Below, piece after piece: positions 9,916-20,738 of a stretch of 64,000 bases of DNA. A program made the translations under genes and the position numbers. The stretch lies in assembly GCA_964291405.2 (NCBI GenBank), contig OZ219926.1, positions 736,001-800,000 on the forward strand, given 5' to 3'. The DNA comes from Thermodesulfobacteriota bacterium (GTDB lineage: Bacteria; Desulfobacterota; Binatia; Bin18). Every line of letters starts with the position of its first letter. The stretch's first letter is position 1. Under the pieces are notes generated by a model. That model made no database searches and was not told the DNA's origin. It saw nothing but the letters and a program-made list of their open reading frames with translations.

Positions 9916-10410
9916 TCAACGCAAAATAGACGACCCTTTTTCAACAACGACGACCTCATCGTTCTGGTTCGTATAGGTGGTCTCTCGCACCACGAAGATC
10001 AAGGGTCCAGATCTCCCTTCTTTCTGGTAAATGTCCACGATTTTACTGCGCGCGGTCAGGATATCGCCAACGCGCATGGGAACAAAAAACTCGATGTCCG
10101 TTCCGCCATCCATCAGGCGCGGAAGCGGGGTCGGAGGAATGGGGAAGCGCCCTTCGTAGGGCAGCCCGTCGGGACGGAGTTCGTCTTCGGGGACCGGGTC
10201 CGTCAGCGGGGCCATATAGAACAGGGGCGGCGCTATCAGCCCGCCATAGCGGCTCTGCTTCGCTCGCTCGGCATCCGTGTAGAGTGGGTTGCGGTCATCG
10301 GTTGCCACCGCAAAGCGTTTGACATCCAGTGCTGTGACCTCAATCGTCCAAGGCGGCGCCTGACGACCGATCCAGGCCCGAATTTCGTCCGTAATCAGCA
10401 ATTCTGCCAC
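9916..10410 (-). CDS. MaoC-like N-terminal dehydratase domain protein (HadA/FAS1-type partner)
   Basis: VKRFAVATDDRNPLY, GGLIAPP and GRSGPLIFV motifs; GTG start at 10410 behind GAGG. Confidence 0.82.
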   Translation of the reverse strand: MAELLITDEIRAWIGRQAPPWTIEVTALDVKRFAVATDDRNPLYTDAERAKQSRYGGLIAPPLFYMAPLTDPVPEDELRPDGLPYEGRFPIPPTPLPRLMDGGTDIEFFVPMRVGDILTARSKIVDIYQKEGRSGPLIFVVRETTYTNQNDEVVVVEKGSSILR

Positions 10411-10559
10411 AATCTTCCTCGTCAGCGATCTGATAATTAGTCCCATCTCCCTACCAGTTGGCCGTTGGAACGGCAAGCGGGAACACCGCGCCCAGACTTC
10501 CTCAAGGAGGCTCTCCCTCCCGGCTTGAGATCATATTCGGGGGTCGGTACAGTCCGGGC

Positions 10560-11390
10560 ATGACTGACTTTGCGCATACATTTCTCCTCCTCTTCGGCCA
10601 ACTCGCCTTTGGCGGTATCTTTGCCCTGAGCGTACCGGGGTTCCATGAGATTGAACGTGGGTTTTTCAAGTCCACGGCCTGCGTCTATCTGGGGTGTGGT
10701 CTGATTATCTGCGTCGGCAAACTGTCCCTGGCCTACTCAGCACTTCCAGGCACGCTATGGAATACGCGGACCTTTGAAGGCAGTTTGTGGCTGCTGTTTT
10801 GTGTGCTGTGCGGACTGTACACCTATACGTTATGGGGAGAGCGCTTTGTCCTGCGTGCACGTGCCTACCTGTTCACCCTCCTCTCTGGGCTGATTGCTTT
10901 GAGTTTTAGCGCCAGCGTGTATCGGACGGTCCCGTTTTTTTCAGTCGAGACGCTTGTCTATCCGCTCAGTTTTCTGACCTCGGCCCTGATGCTGGGCGCG
11001 GTGGCAACCGGTATGTCCCTGGGGCACTGGTACCTCATCGAACTCGACCTCTCTCTCGACCCTTTTAAGCGCATCTTCAGGTTCTATGCCGGCACTATCG
11101 TCGTCCATCTCGCAACCCTGACGCTTGGCCTCGGCCTCCTTCTGCTCAGTAGCCATGCGGTCACAAGCACGAGCGTCCGGGAGCTGTGGACAGATCATCA
11201 GACTCTGCTCTGGATGCGGCTTGGCTTGGGACCGCTAGCCTCACTCGGTGTCGCCTATATGATCTGGCGGACACTTCAGATTCCGCAGACCATGGCGGCA
11301 ACCGGTCTTTTTTATGTCGCTATCCTGTCGGCTATTGTGGGTGAATTTTTGGGGCGTTTTGTACTGTTTCGGACAACCCTGCCGCTCTAA
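10560..11390 (+). CDS. Polytopic membrane protein (about 8 TM; loosely DmsC/NrfD-anchor-like), function unknown
   Basis: Multiple hydrophobic helices; GMSLGHWYL and MAATGLFY...GEFLGR motifs; start at ATG 10560 inferred. Confidence 0.65.
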   Translation: MTDFAHTFLLLFGQLAFGGIFALSVPGFHEIERGFFKSTACVYLGCGLIICVGKLSLAYSALPGTLWNTRTFEGSLWLLFCVLCGLYTYTLWGERFVLRARAYLFTLLSGLIALSFSASVYRTVPFFSVETLVYPLSFLTSALMLGAVATGMSLGHWYLIELDLSLDPFKRIFRFYAGTIVVHLATLTLGLGLLLLSSHAVTSTSVRELWTDHQTLLWMRLGLGPLASLGVAYMIWRTLQIPQTMAATGLFYVAILSAIVGEFLGRFVLFRTTLPL

Positions 11391-11416
11391 TGACCGTGCG
11401 CCTCAACAGATGAGGG

Positions 11417-11698
11417 CTAGTCGTAGATTTTCAGGGTCGATATGCGCAGCCCCTGCGAAGTCCAGCCAACGTCAAAGCCTACACGCATGCCCTCGGTCAG
11501 GAATCGAATGTCCAGACGCGGGGCCCCAATCAGCCGTAAAAACGGAAAGACAAAGGGAATTTCTTTCCCGGAATCGCTCAGGACGACACCGGTTTCATTG
11601 CCGGAAGAAATTTTATGGATCACTCCCCGGTAGAAACGATCCTGGGAGTGGTCCGAAGCGGGTTCGCCCTCCGGCTTTTGCGGTGTATCCTGTGCCAC
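11417..11698 (-). CDS. Small OB-fold/cold-shock-like domain protein
   Basis: YRGVIHKI...TGVVLSDSGKEIPF...LTEGMRVGFDV resembles the CSD beta-strand pattern; directly downstream of ilvB. Confidence 0.55.
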   Translation of the reverse strand: MAQDTPQKPEGEPASDHSQDRFYRGVIHKISSGNETGVVLSDSGKEIPFVFPFLRLIGAPRLDIRFLTEGMRVGFDVGWTSQGLRISTLKIYD

Positions 11699-11724
11699 GG
11701 CTGGGCCATTTTTCCTGTTCGGCT

Positions 11725-13431
11725 CTACGCAAAGAGCATTTCGTGCATGGCGCTACCGGCCGGCACCATGGGGAACACCCCTTCGCTTTTTGGAATGACC
11801 ACTTCCACCAGAACGGGCCCCGCCTCCGCAAAGGCGGCCTGTAGCGTGGCGGACAGCTCGGACGATTTTTCTGCCCGAAACCCTTTGGCTCCATAGGCTT
11901 CGGCCAGTCTCACAAAGTCCGGCATGGCATCCATATAGGAGTGAGAGTAGCGCTCCTCGTAGAACTTCTCCTGCCACTGCCGGACCATACCCAGATAGTG
12001 GTTGTTCAGAATGATAACTTTGACCGGAACATTATATTGGACGGCAGCGGACAGTTCCTGAATGTTCATCTGAATACTGCCGTCACCGCTAATCACGACG
12101 ACCTGCCTGTCAGGAGCGGCAAAATGAGCGCCGATCCCGGCCGGCAAGCCGTAGCCCATGGTCCCCAATCCCCCCGACGTCAGCCATGAACGCGGCTGGG
12201 TGAACTTCATCATCTGAGCGGCCCACATCTGGTGTTGCCCCACATCGGTCACGACAATAGCCTCGCCTCCGGTTATCTGATTGATCTCTTCCAGCACGGC
12301 CCGGGGGAGAATTTCCCCATTTGCGCCCTGGGTCTGATAGGGAAGCGGCTTTTCCTGTTTCCAGGCCATGATGAGCTGACGCCATTCTCCCCATATCTTC
12401 TGGCGCGGCGCCAGTTGTTCGCGGGTTTTCACTTTTCCGAGCATGACCTGCAAGACTTCCTTGATATCACCCACAATGGGGACATCGACTTTGATGTTCT
12501 TACTGATCGAAGAGGGATCAATATCGATATGGACGATCTTCTCTGCTTTGGGGGCAAAGTCGCTCGTCCGGCCCGTGACTCGGTCATCAAACCGTGCTCC
12601 CACGGCAATAAGCGCGTCACAGTTCTGCACCGCCATATTGGTCCAATACCCGCCGTGCATACCCAACATACCCAGGCTCAACGGGTCATCGCTCGGATAC
12701 ACGCCCAAGGCCATGACCGTTGTAGTAATTGGAATCTTGAGACCGCGGACCAGTTCGATGAGCGGTTCGGACGCCCCGGACCACTGCACCCCGCCGCCCA
12801 CGTAGAAGAGCGGTCGTTCGGCCTGTTCTATGACTTCGAGTGCGCGTTCGATCTGTCGGATATTCCCCTTGAAGGTCGGCTTATAGCCGCGCATGCTCAC
12901 GGTTTCGGGATAGGAAAAGGGAGCTTCGGCGGTCTGCACGTCCTTGGGTAAATCAATCAGGACCGGTCCCGGTCGTCCGCTACCGGCAATGTGGAAGGCC
13001 TCTTTAATCGTCCGGGAGATGTCGTTGACGTCACGGATCAAATAATTGTGCTTCGTGCAGGGACGGGTGATACCGGTCACATCGGCTTCCTGAAAAGCAT
13101 CATTGCCGATCATATTGGTCGGCACCTGACCACAGATGACAACGAGAGGGGTCGAATCCATATAGGCATCCGCGATGCCGGTAACCGTATTCGTTGCCCC
13201 TGGTCCCGAAGTCACCAGCACGACCCCGGGACGACCGGACACGCGCGCATACCCCTCGGCCATATGGGCCGCGCCCTGTTCGTGTCGGACCAGGATGTGG
13301 CGCAAGGCCGTATTCTGAACCAGGGCGTCATAGGTCGGCAGGATGGCACCGCCAGGGTAACCAAAGATGGTATCCACGCCTTCAGCCAGCAGGCTTTCGA
13401 TTGTAATCTGTGCACCGGTCATTGTTGTCAT
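11725..13431 (-). CDS. ilvB: Acetolactate synthase large (catalytic) subunit, biosynthetic type
   Basis: IFGYPGGAILP, RHEQGAAH, TSGPGATN, TDVGQHQMWAAQ and the ThDP-binding GDGSIQMNIQEL...NN motif. Confidence 0.96.
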   Translation of the reverse strand: MTTMTGAQITIESLLAEGVDTIFGYPGGAILPTYDALVQNTALRHILVRHEQGAAHMAEGYARVSGRPGVVLVTSGPGATNTVTGIADAYMDSTPLVVICGQVPTNMIGNDAFQEADVTGITRPCTKHNYLIRDVNDISRTIKEAFHIAGSGRPGPVLIDLPKDVQTAEAPFSYPETVSMRGYKPTFKGNIRQIERALEVIEQAERPLFYVGGGVQWSGASEPLIELVRGLKIPITTTVMALGVYPSDDPLSLGMLGMHGGYWTNMAVQNCDALIAVGARFDDRVTGRTSDFAPKAEKIVHIDIDPSSISKNIKVDVPIVGDIKEVLQVMLGKVKTREQLAPRQKIWGEWRQLIMAWKQEKPLPYQTQGANGEILPRAVLEEINQITGGEAIVVTDVGQHQMWAAQMMKFTQPRSWLTSGGLGTMGYGLPAGIGAHFAAPDRQVVVISGDGSIQMNIQELSAAVQYNVPVKVIILNNHYLGMVRQWQEKFYEERYSHSYMDAMPDFVRLAEAYGAKGFRAEKSSELSATLQAAFAEAGPVLVEVVIPKSEGVFPMVPAGSAMHEMLFA

Positions 13432-13463
13432 GATGTGCCTCTGCTCCAGTCTCTGGGCGGATA

Positions 13464-13491
13464 ATTATACGAGGGACAGGAAAAAACTCAA
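13464..13491 (-). promoter_or_regulatory. Putative sigma70 promoter for ilvB
   Basis: Minus strand TTGAGT-N16-TATAAT about 30 nt upstream of the ilvB start. Confidence 0.55.
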
Positions 13492-13610
13492 GGAACCACA
13501 AGCTCCTGAATATTCGCTTGACAGAATAACCCATTCTCCGCTATTTGTTAGCCCCTTGGCGTCCTTCGCCTCAATAAATTCGGCATGTGATCAAAGTGAA
13601 CAGGGCCCAT

Positions 13611-14150
13611 ATGGAACTCGACAGTATCGACCATTTGGATAGGCATATCCTCTCGGTTCTCCAGGAAAATTGCAAACTGCCACTGGTGAAAATTGGCGAA
13701 CGCGTGGGACTGTCGGCTCCATCCGTTATCGAACGGATTAAGAAATTGGAAGAGAGCGGGGTCATACGCGGGTATACCGCCGTTCTCGATGCCCGCAAGC
13801 TGGGGAAGGATACCACCGCTTTTATTGGCGTTTCCATTAATCATCCGAAGCTGATTACGCAGTTTGAAACGGCTATTGATGGTTTTGAAGACATTCAGGA
13901 ATGTCACCACGTGACTGGCGAATACACCCTCCTGCTGAAGGTCAAAGCCGATAACACCTCAGACCTTGAGGAGGTCATTCGTCAAATTCGCTCGCTTGAA
14001 GGGGTGGAACGGACGGAAACATCCGTGGTGTTGTCCACGCATACTGAAGGACTGTGGCTGAGGCTCCAGTCGGAGCAAAAGGCGGTCGTGGACGGCCGGC
14101 AGCAGGCAGTGGCAACTGCCCTCGCCCCGCGGGTGAGACGCGGGGCCTGA
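13611..14150 (+). CDS. lrp: Lrp/AsnC family transcriptional regulator
   Basis: LDRHILSVLQEN...VGLSAPSVIERIKKLEESGVIRGY HTH and ECHHVTGEYTLLLK C-terminal domain. Confidence 0.92.
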   Translation: MELDSIDHLDRHILSVLQENCKLPLVKIGERVGLSAPSVIERIKKLEESGVIRGYTAVLDARKLGKDTTAFIGVSINHPKLITQFETAIDGFEDIQECHHVTGEYTLLLKVKADNTSDLEEVIRQIRSLEGVERTETSVVLSTHTEGLWLRLQSEQKAVVDGRQQAVATALAPRVRRGA

Positions 14151-14203
14151 CAGCCCACGGAAGCAGGAATCTCTATACGGCACAGGGACAGGAAGGGGCG
14201 TAT

Positions 14204-17200
14204 ATGACACACGCCGGTATACCTCAGAAACAAGGACTCTACGATCCCAGCTTTGAACACGACGCCTGCGGTATTGGCTTTGTGGTCAACATCAAAGGTG
14301 AGCGTTCGCATCAAGTGGTCGAACAAGGTTTAACCGTTCTGGTCAATCTGGATCATCGTGGGGCGCGCGGCTGTGAAGAAGGCACGGGAGACGGAGCGGG
14401 CATGCTCCTCCAACTCCCCCATCGCTTCCTGAGTGCAGCCTGTCGGGCTCTGGATATCAGCCTGCCCGCTCCGGGTCAGTACGGGGTCGGTATGGTCTAC
14501 CTGCCACCCGATAGGGCTCAGCGACACGATTGCGAGCAGCGCCTGGAGACCATCGTCAGAGAAGAAGGCCAAGCGGTCTTGGGCTGGCGGGATGTCCCGA
14601 CAAACAATGCAGGCCTGGGGGAGACGGCCAAGGCGTGTGAACCGTGCATTCGGCAAGTTTTCATTGGTCGTAGTGCCGACGGTCTGGCGAATGATCTCGC
14701 CTTCGAGCGCAAGCTGTATGTAATCCGCCGTCGCGTGACGAACGCCATCCGTTACGGTGGAGTCACCGGTGGAGAATATTTCTATATCCCCAGCCTGTCG
14801 TACAAAACCCTGATCTATAAAGGTATGCTCACGCCGCAGCAGCTCGAAACCTTCTATCCGGACCTGTCCGACCCGAACCTGGAAGCGCTATTGCCGTGGT
14901 CCACTCACGCTTTAGCACCAACACCTTTCCGAGCTGGGAACGCTCCCACCCGTATCGCTACCTCATCCATAATGGCGAGATTAATACCCTGCGGGGGAAC
15001 GTCAACTGGATGCGAGCCCGGCAAGCATTAATGGCGTCAGAACTCTTTGGTGACGATCTGTCGAAAGTCTTTCCCGTCATCCTGGAAGACGGCAGTGATT
15101 CCGCCATCTTTGATAACTGCTTGGAATTCCTGGCGCTGAGCGGACGTTCGCTGCCCCATGCGATGATGATGATGATCCCCGAGCCGTGGGAGAATCATGC
15201 CAGCATGGCCGACGCAAAGCGGGCCTTTTATGAATATCACAGTTGTCTGATGGAGCCCTGGGATGGCCCTGCCTCCATTGCCTTCACGGACGGCACCCGC
15301 GTGGGGGCCGTCTTGGACCGGAACGGACTCCGTCCGTCTCGGTACTATGTCACCAAGGATGACCTCGTCATCATGGGTTCCGAGGTCGGTGCGCTCGAAG
15401 TCGAGCCAGAACGCGTCTTAGAGAAACGACGGCTCCAGCCGGGGCGGATGTTCCTGGTCGACACGGAGAAGGGCCGCATTATTAGTGACGAGGAGTTGAA
15501 ACAGGAAATCATTAGCGCCCAACCCTACCGTCAGTGGCTGAACGAACACACGGTGTATTTCGATCAGCTCCCGGATGTAGAAGAGGAGCAACCGGTATAC
15601 GATCATGAGGCTACGCTCCAGCGTCTGCGTGCGCTTGGATACAGCTTTGAGGATTTGAAGGTCAATATCGGGCCAATGGCGATGAATAAAATCCAGCCCA
15701 TCGGTTCCATGGGCACGGATACGCCGCTGGCCGTGTTGTCCGATAAGCCACAGCTTTTATACAATTATTTTAAGCAGCTCTTTGCCCAGGTGACCAATCC
15801 TCCCATCGACCCGATTCGAGAAGAACTCGTCACCTCAACAACGCTGACGCTGGGCTCAGAGGGCAATTTACTCGACCCCCGGCCGGATAATTGTCGCCAA
15901 ATCCGGCTGCCTATTCCGATTCTGAAGAATTCGGACCTCGAAAAGCTGCGGCGTATTGACCAACCGGGGCTCAAGGCCGTGACCTTGCCCATGCTCTTTA
16001 ACCCCAAGAACGGTAAAGACGGCCTGGAGCAGGCTTTGGACGAGCTCTGTCAGGCCGCAGATACCGCGATTGAGCACGGCGCAACGCTGCTGATCCTGTC
16101 AGATAGAGACGTGAATGCCGAACGCGCCGCGATTCCGGCTTTGCTGGCGGCGTCGGGCTTGCACCACCACCTGATTCGGGCCGGTAGCCGGACCCAGGTC
16201 GGACTCGTGCTCGAATCGGGTGAGCCGCGTGAGGTCCATCATTTCTGTGTGCTGCTCGGTTATGGCGTCCAGGCGATTAATCCCTATATGGTCTACGAGT
16301 GTCTGAACGACATGATCGGCGAGGGCATGCTGACGGGCATTGCCTATCATGACGCAGTGAGCAGCTATATCAAAGCCGCGGTCAAGGGTATCGTCAAAGT
16401 CATGTCCAAGATGGGCATTTCAACGATTAAATCGTACTGCGGCGCGCAGATTTTTGAAGCCATCGGTCTGGGTCGGGATCTGGTTGATCGATATTTTACC
16501 TGGACACCCTCCCGCGTAGGCGGCATTAGTCTGGCGGAACTCGCCCAAGAAGCGAGCCAACAACATGCCAGGGCCTTCCCGGCCATTCCGGTTCGTGGTG
16601 AGACGCTTGAGGTGTACGGTCAGTATCAGTTCCGCAAGGACGGCGAACTGCACCTCTTTAACCCGCGTACTATTCATCTGCTGCAAAAGGCTTGTCGCAT
16701 AAACGACTATGCCACCTTTAAGGAGTATACGCGGCTCATAGACGACCAATCAGAGCGGCTCGCTACGCTGCGCGGGCTGCTGGAATTGAAACCGGCGGCT
16801 GAGCCGATTCCGCTTGAGGACGTCGAGCCGATTGAGGCCATTACCACCCGCTTTAAGACCGGCGCCATGTCCTATGGCTCGATCAGTAAAGAGGCGCATG
16901 AAGCGCTGGCCATTGCCATGAACCGTATCGGAGGCAAAAGCAACACGGGAGAAGGCGGAGAAGATATTGCGCGCTATACGCCGGACCCCAATGGTGACTC
17001 GCGGAATAGCGCGATCAAGCAGGTCGCCTCGGGCCGTTTTGGCGTCACCAGCGAATATCTGACCCAGGCGCGTGAAATCCAGATCAAAATGGCCCAAGGG
17101 GCGAAGCCCGGAGAAGGCGGTGAGCTGCCCGGTCGGAAAGTCTATCCGTGGATTGCCAAGGTGCGGCTGTCCACCCCCGGCGTCGGACTGATTTCGCCGC

Positions 17201-18804
17201 CTCCCCACCACGATATCTATTCAATTGAAGACCTGGCCCAACTCATTCACGACTTAAAGAACGCCAATACCGAGGCACGAATCAGCGTGAAACTGGTCTC
17301 CGAGGTCGGGGTCGGCACGATTGCCGCCGGCGTTGCCAAAGGTCATGCCGATGTCGTGCTGATTAGTGGTCACGATGGCGGGACCGGGGCCTCGCCGCAG
17401 ACGAGTATTAAGCACGCCGGCCTTCCCTGGGAGCTTGGCCTGGCGGAAACGCATCAAACCCTGGTCCTCAACAATCTGCGCAGCCGGATTGCCGTCGAAA
17501 CCGACGGTCAGCTCAAAACCGGACGAGATGTGATAATCGCCGCCCTGCTGGGCGCGGAAGAGTTCGGTTTCGCCACAGCCGCCCTGGTTTCATTAGGCTG
17601 TATTATGATGCGGGTCTGCCATCTCGACACCTGTCCGGTCGGCGTCGCGACCCAGAATCCTGCCTTGCGTAAGAAGTTCATGGGCGACCCGGTCCACGCA
17701 GTGAATTTCATGCAGTTCGTTGCTCAGGAAATCCGTGAGTATATGGCCCAACTCGGTTTTCGGACCATGAATGACATGATTGGTCGGACTGATAGGATCG
17801 AGGCCCATAAAGCCATAGACCACTGGAAAGCCAAGGGGCTGGACTACACCGATATTCTGCACCAACCCCAGGTGGGTCCCGAGATCGGGCGGTACTGTCA
17901 GATTGGCCAGAACCACGGCATTGAGCGCTCTCTGGATAAGCAGGCCCTGATTGACCTGGCACGTCCGGCGCTGGAACGTCAAGAAAAAGTGTCCGCTACG
18001 CTACCCATTCAAAACGTCAACCGCGTCACCGGAACGATCCTGGGCAGTGAGGTCACCCGACGCTACGGTCGAGACGGCCTGCCGGAAGATACCATACACT
18101 TTCATTTTCAGGGGTCAGCCGGTCAGAGTTTTGGAGCATTTGTCCCACCCGGTATGACGCTGGAACTAGAGGGTGATGCCAATGACTACTTCGCCAAAGG
18201 GCTTTCTGGTGGAAAGGTCATACTGTATCCCCCAACAGGTTCGACTTTTACCGCAGAGGAAAACATCATTGTCGGCAATGTCGCCTTTTATGGAGCGACC
18301 AACGGGGAGGCTTATATTCGCGGTATGGCAGGGGAACGCTTCTGTGTACGCAACAGCGGTGCACGCGCCGTAATCGAAGGAGTCGGCGACCATGGCTGCG
18401 AGTATATGACGGGCGGGCGCGTGATCGTGCTGGGCGAGGCCGGGCGCAACTTCGCTGCAGGCATGTCCGGGGGAATCGCCTACGTCTTGGACAGCAACGC
18501 GACTTTTCACAACCAGTGCAATCTCGAAACCGTCACCCTGGACAGGCTCAACGAGGGCGATCTCCGAGATGTCCGCGCCATGCTGCAAAAACACGTCCAG
18601 TATACCCACAGCACGCAAGCGCAGCAGATTCTTGACAACTGGGAGGCGAGAGCGCTGGAATTTGTCAAAGTCATGCCCAAGGACTATCAACGCATGCTCG
18701 ACGCGATTAACCGGGCCGAGGGTAGTGGCTTAGCCGGCGACGAAGCCATCATGGCGGCCTTTGAGGCCAATAAGAACGATGCCGCACGGGTGAGCGGCAA
18801 CTAA
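14204..18804 (+). CDS. gltB: Glutamate synthase large subunit, interrupted by a 1-nt frameshift near 14883-14885
   Basis: N-terminal [17 protein letters not shown] in one frame continues as [14 protein letters not shown] in another; adding one A to GAAGCGCT gives GAA AGC GCT ATT GCC (E-S-A-I-A) and a single continuous ORF. Confidence 0.95.
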
Positions 18805-18843
18805 CACTTTGCGACAGCAGGCAGACTGACGAAGGAAGACCGT

Positions 18844-20328
18844 ATGGGGAAGCCTACCGGATTCATGGAATACGAGCGGGAGTTACCCGTAGACCGTTCA
18901 CCAGCCGAGCGGGTTAATGACTGGGAGGAGTTTCATCAGCATTTTCCCGAGAGTAAACTTCAGGAGCAAGGCGGCCGCTGCATGGACTGCGGCATTCCAT
19001 TCTGTCACACCGGAACCTTGATCAGCGGCATGGCCTCGGGTTGCCCGATTAATAACCTAATCCCGGAGTGGAACGACCTAGTCTATCGTGGACTCTGGCG
19101 GGAGGCGCTGGAGCGGCTGCACAAAACCAATAATTTCCCGGAGTTCACCGGTCGGGTGTGCCCGGCGCCGTGCGAGGGGTCATGTGTCCTCGGGATTACG
19201 AATCCACCGGTCACCATCAAAAATATTGAGTGCTCCATCGTTGATCGAGGCTTTGCCGAAGGTTGGGTCATCCCGCACCAACCGGAGAAACGGACCGGGA
19301 AAAAGGTGGCGGTGGTTGGTTCGGGTCCAGCCGGGCTCTCGTGTGCCGCGCAGCTGAATAAGGCTGGCCATACAGTTACGGTCTATGAACGGGCTGACCG
19401 TATCGGCGGCCTACTCATGTATGGCATTCCCAATATGAAGCTGGACAAGGCCATTGTGCAGCGCCGTATCGACCTGATGGCTCAAGAGGGCATTACCTTT
19501 GTGACGAATACGGCCATTGGCAGCGACATTCCGGCTGCGCAATTACAGGAAGATTTTGACGCCATCGTCCTGTGCGGGGGAGCGACAAAACCACGTGACC
19601 TACCGGCAGAAGGCCGCGACCTCAACGGTATTCATTTCGCCATGGAGTTCCTCCACACCAACACCAAAAGCCTGCTCGACTCGGACCTTGCGGATGGAGC
19701 GTATATCTCCGCGACAGATAAAAATGTGATTGTTATTGGAGGTGGAGATACCGGTACCGACTGTGTTGGCACGTCACTCCGCCACAAATGCAAGACGCTG
19801 ACCCAATTTGAAATTCTTCCTCAGCCTCCCTTGGATCGGCAGCCGGACAATCCCTGGCCGGAGTGGCCCAAAATTTTGCGGGTCGATTATGGACAAGAGG
19901 AAGCAGAAGCCCGGTTTGGTGCGGACCCGCGTATTTATCTGATTCAGACGGAACGATTTACAGGTGACGCACACGGCAATGTCAAAGAGCTGCACACTGT
20001 CGAGATAGAATGGGGAAAAAACGAAAACGGCGCATTTATCCCCAAGCCCATCTCAGGAACAGAAAAGGTCTGGCCGGCAGACCTAGTTCTTCTGGCTATG
20101 GGCTTTCTTGGGCCGGAGGACCCGGTCCTCGAACAGCTCGGGGTTGAGCGTGATCCGCGCTCAAATGCTAAAGCAGAATATGGCCAGTTCCAGACAAACG
20201 TGGACGGCGTATTTGCCGCCGGCGATATGCGTCGCGGTCAGAGTCTGGTCGTCTGGGCCTTTAACGAAGGACGCGGGGCAGCCAGGGAGGTAGACCGATA
20301 CCTCATGGGCAGTACCGAGCTGCCATAG
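18844..20328 (+). CDS. gltD: Glutamate synthase small subunit
   Basis: [10 protein letters not shown] start, [10 protein letters not shown] and [12 protein letters not shown] Fe-S motifs, GSGPAG and GGGDTG dinucleotide-binding motifs. Confidence 0.97.
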   Translation: MGKPTGFMEYERELPVDRSPAERVNDWEEFHQHFPESKLQEQGGRCMDCGIPFCHTGTLISGMASGCPINNLIPEWNDLVYRGLWREALERLHKTNNFPEFTGRVCPAPCEGSCVLGITNPPVTIKNIECSIVDRGFAEGWVIPHQPEKRTGKKVAVVGSGPAGLSCAAQLNKAGHTVTVYERADRIGGLLMYGIPNMKLDKAIVQRRIDLMAQEGITFVTNTAIGSDIPAAQLQEDFDAIVLCGGATKPRDLPAEGRDLNGIHFAMEFLHTNTKSLLDSDLADGAYISATDKNVIVIGGGDTGTDCVGTSLRHKCKTLTQFEILPQPPLDRQPDNPWPEWPKILRVDYGQEEAEARFGADPRIYLIQTERFTGDAHGNVKELHTVEIEWGKNENGAFIPKPISGTEKVWPADLVLLAMGFLGPEDPVLEQLGVERDPRSNAKAEYGQFQTNVDGVFAAGDMRRGQSLVVWAFNEGRGAAREVDRYLMGSTELP

Positions 20329-20376
20329 GGCATGCTCTTAAGATATACAGATAACGGAGTGAAAGGATCAGCCTTC

Positions 20377-20631
20377 ATGAAAAAGATTACCGTCTACTCA
20401 ACAGATTATTGAGGCTTTTGCACCGCAGCAAAGGCTTTGCTCACCCAAAAAGGCGTTCCATTCGAAGACATTGACGTGTCGGACGATCCCACGATGCGGC
20501 AAGAGATTGCTCAGCGTTCAGGACAGCGCACCGTACCCCAGATTTTTATTGGAGAAGAGCCCATCGGCGGCTTCATGGAGTTGCGAGCCCTGGAAGTCAG
20601 TGGCGAGCTAGACGATATGTTGGCCGAGTAG
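20377..20631 (+). CDS. grxC: Glutaredoxin-3-like selenoprotein (U-G-F-C active site)
   Basis: ATG 20377 behind AAAGGA reads MKKITVYSTDY-TGA(20410-20412)-GFCTAAKALL...GQRTVPQIFIGEEPIGGF; the TGA occupies the first Cys position of CxxC; the ORF track shows only the C-terminal part. Confidence 0.88.
20413..20436 (+). promoter_or_regulatory. Candidate bacterial SECIS hairpin of the glutaredoxin
   Basis: GGCTTTTGC-ACCGCA-GCAAAGGCT stem-loop (with G-U pairs) immediately 3' of the TGA. Confidence 0.5.
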
Positions 20632-20738
20632 CACGACACCGCTTCGCCTCCGCATTCTCCATCTCAGCCGGCTTGCTTCTCTTTTTCTCCTGCCTGGACT
20701 TTGCTATACCCTCAACATCTTTTTTGAGGAGGAATAGA

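Noticed and set aside
14878-14900. Programmed ribosomal frameshift in gltB
   Set aside because: No slippery heptamer or stimulatory structure seen; a single lost A in a short run is more simply an error or a point mutation.
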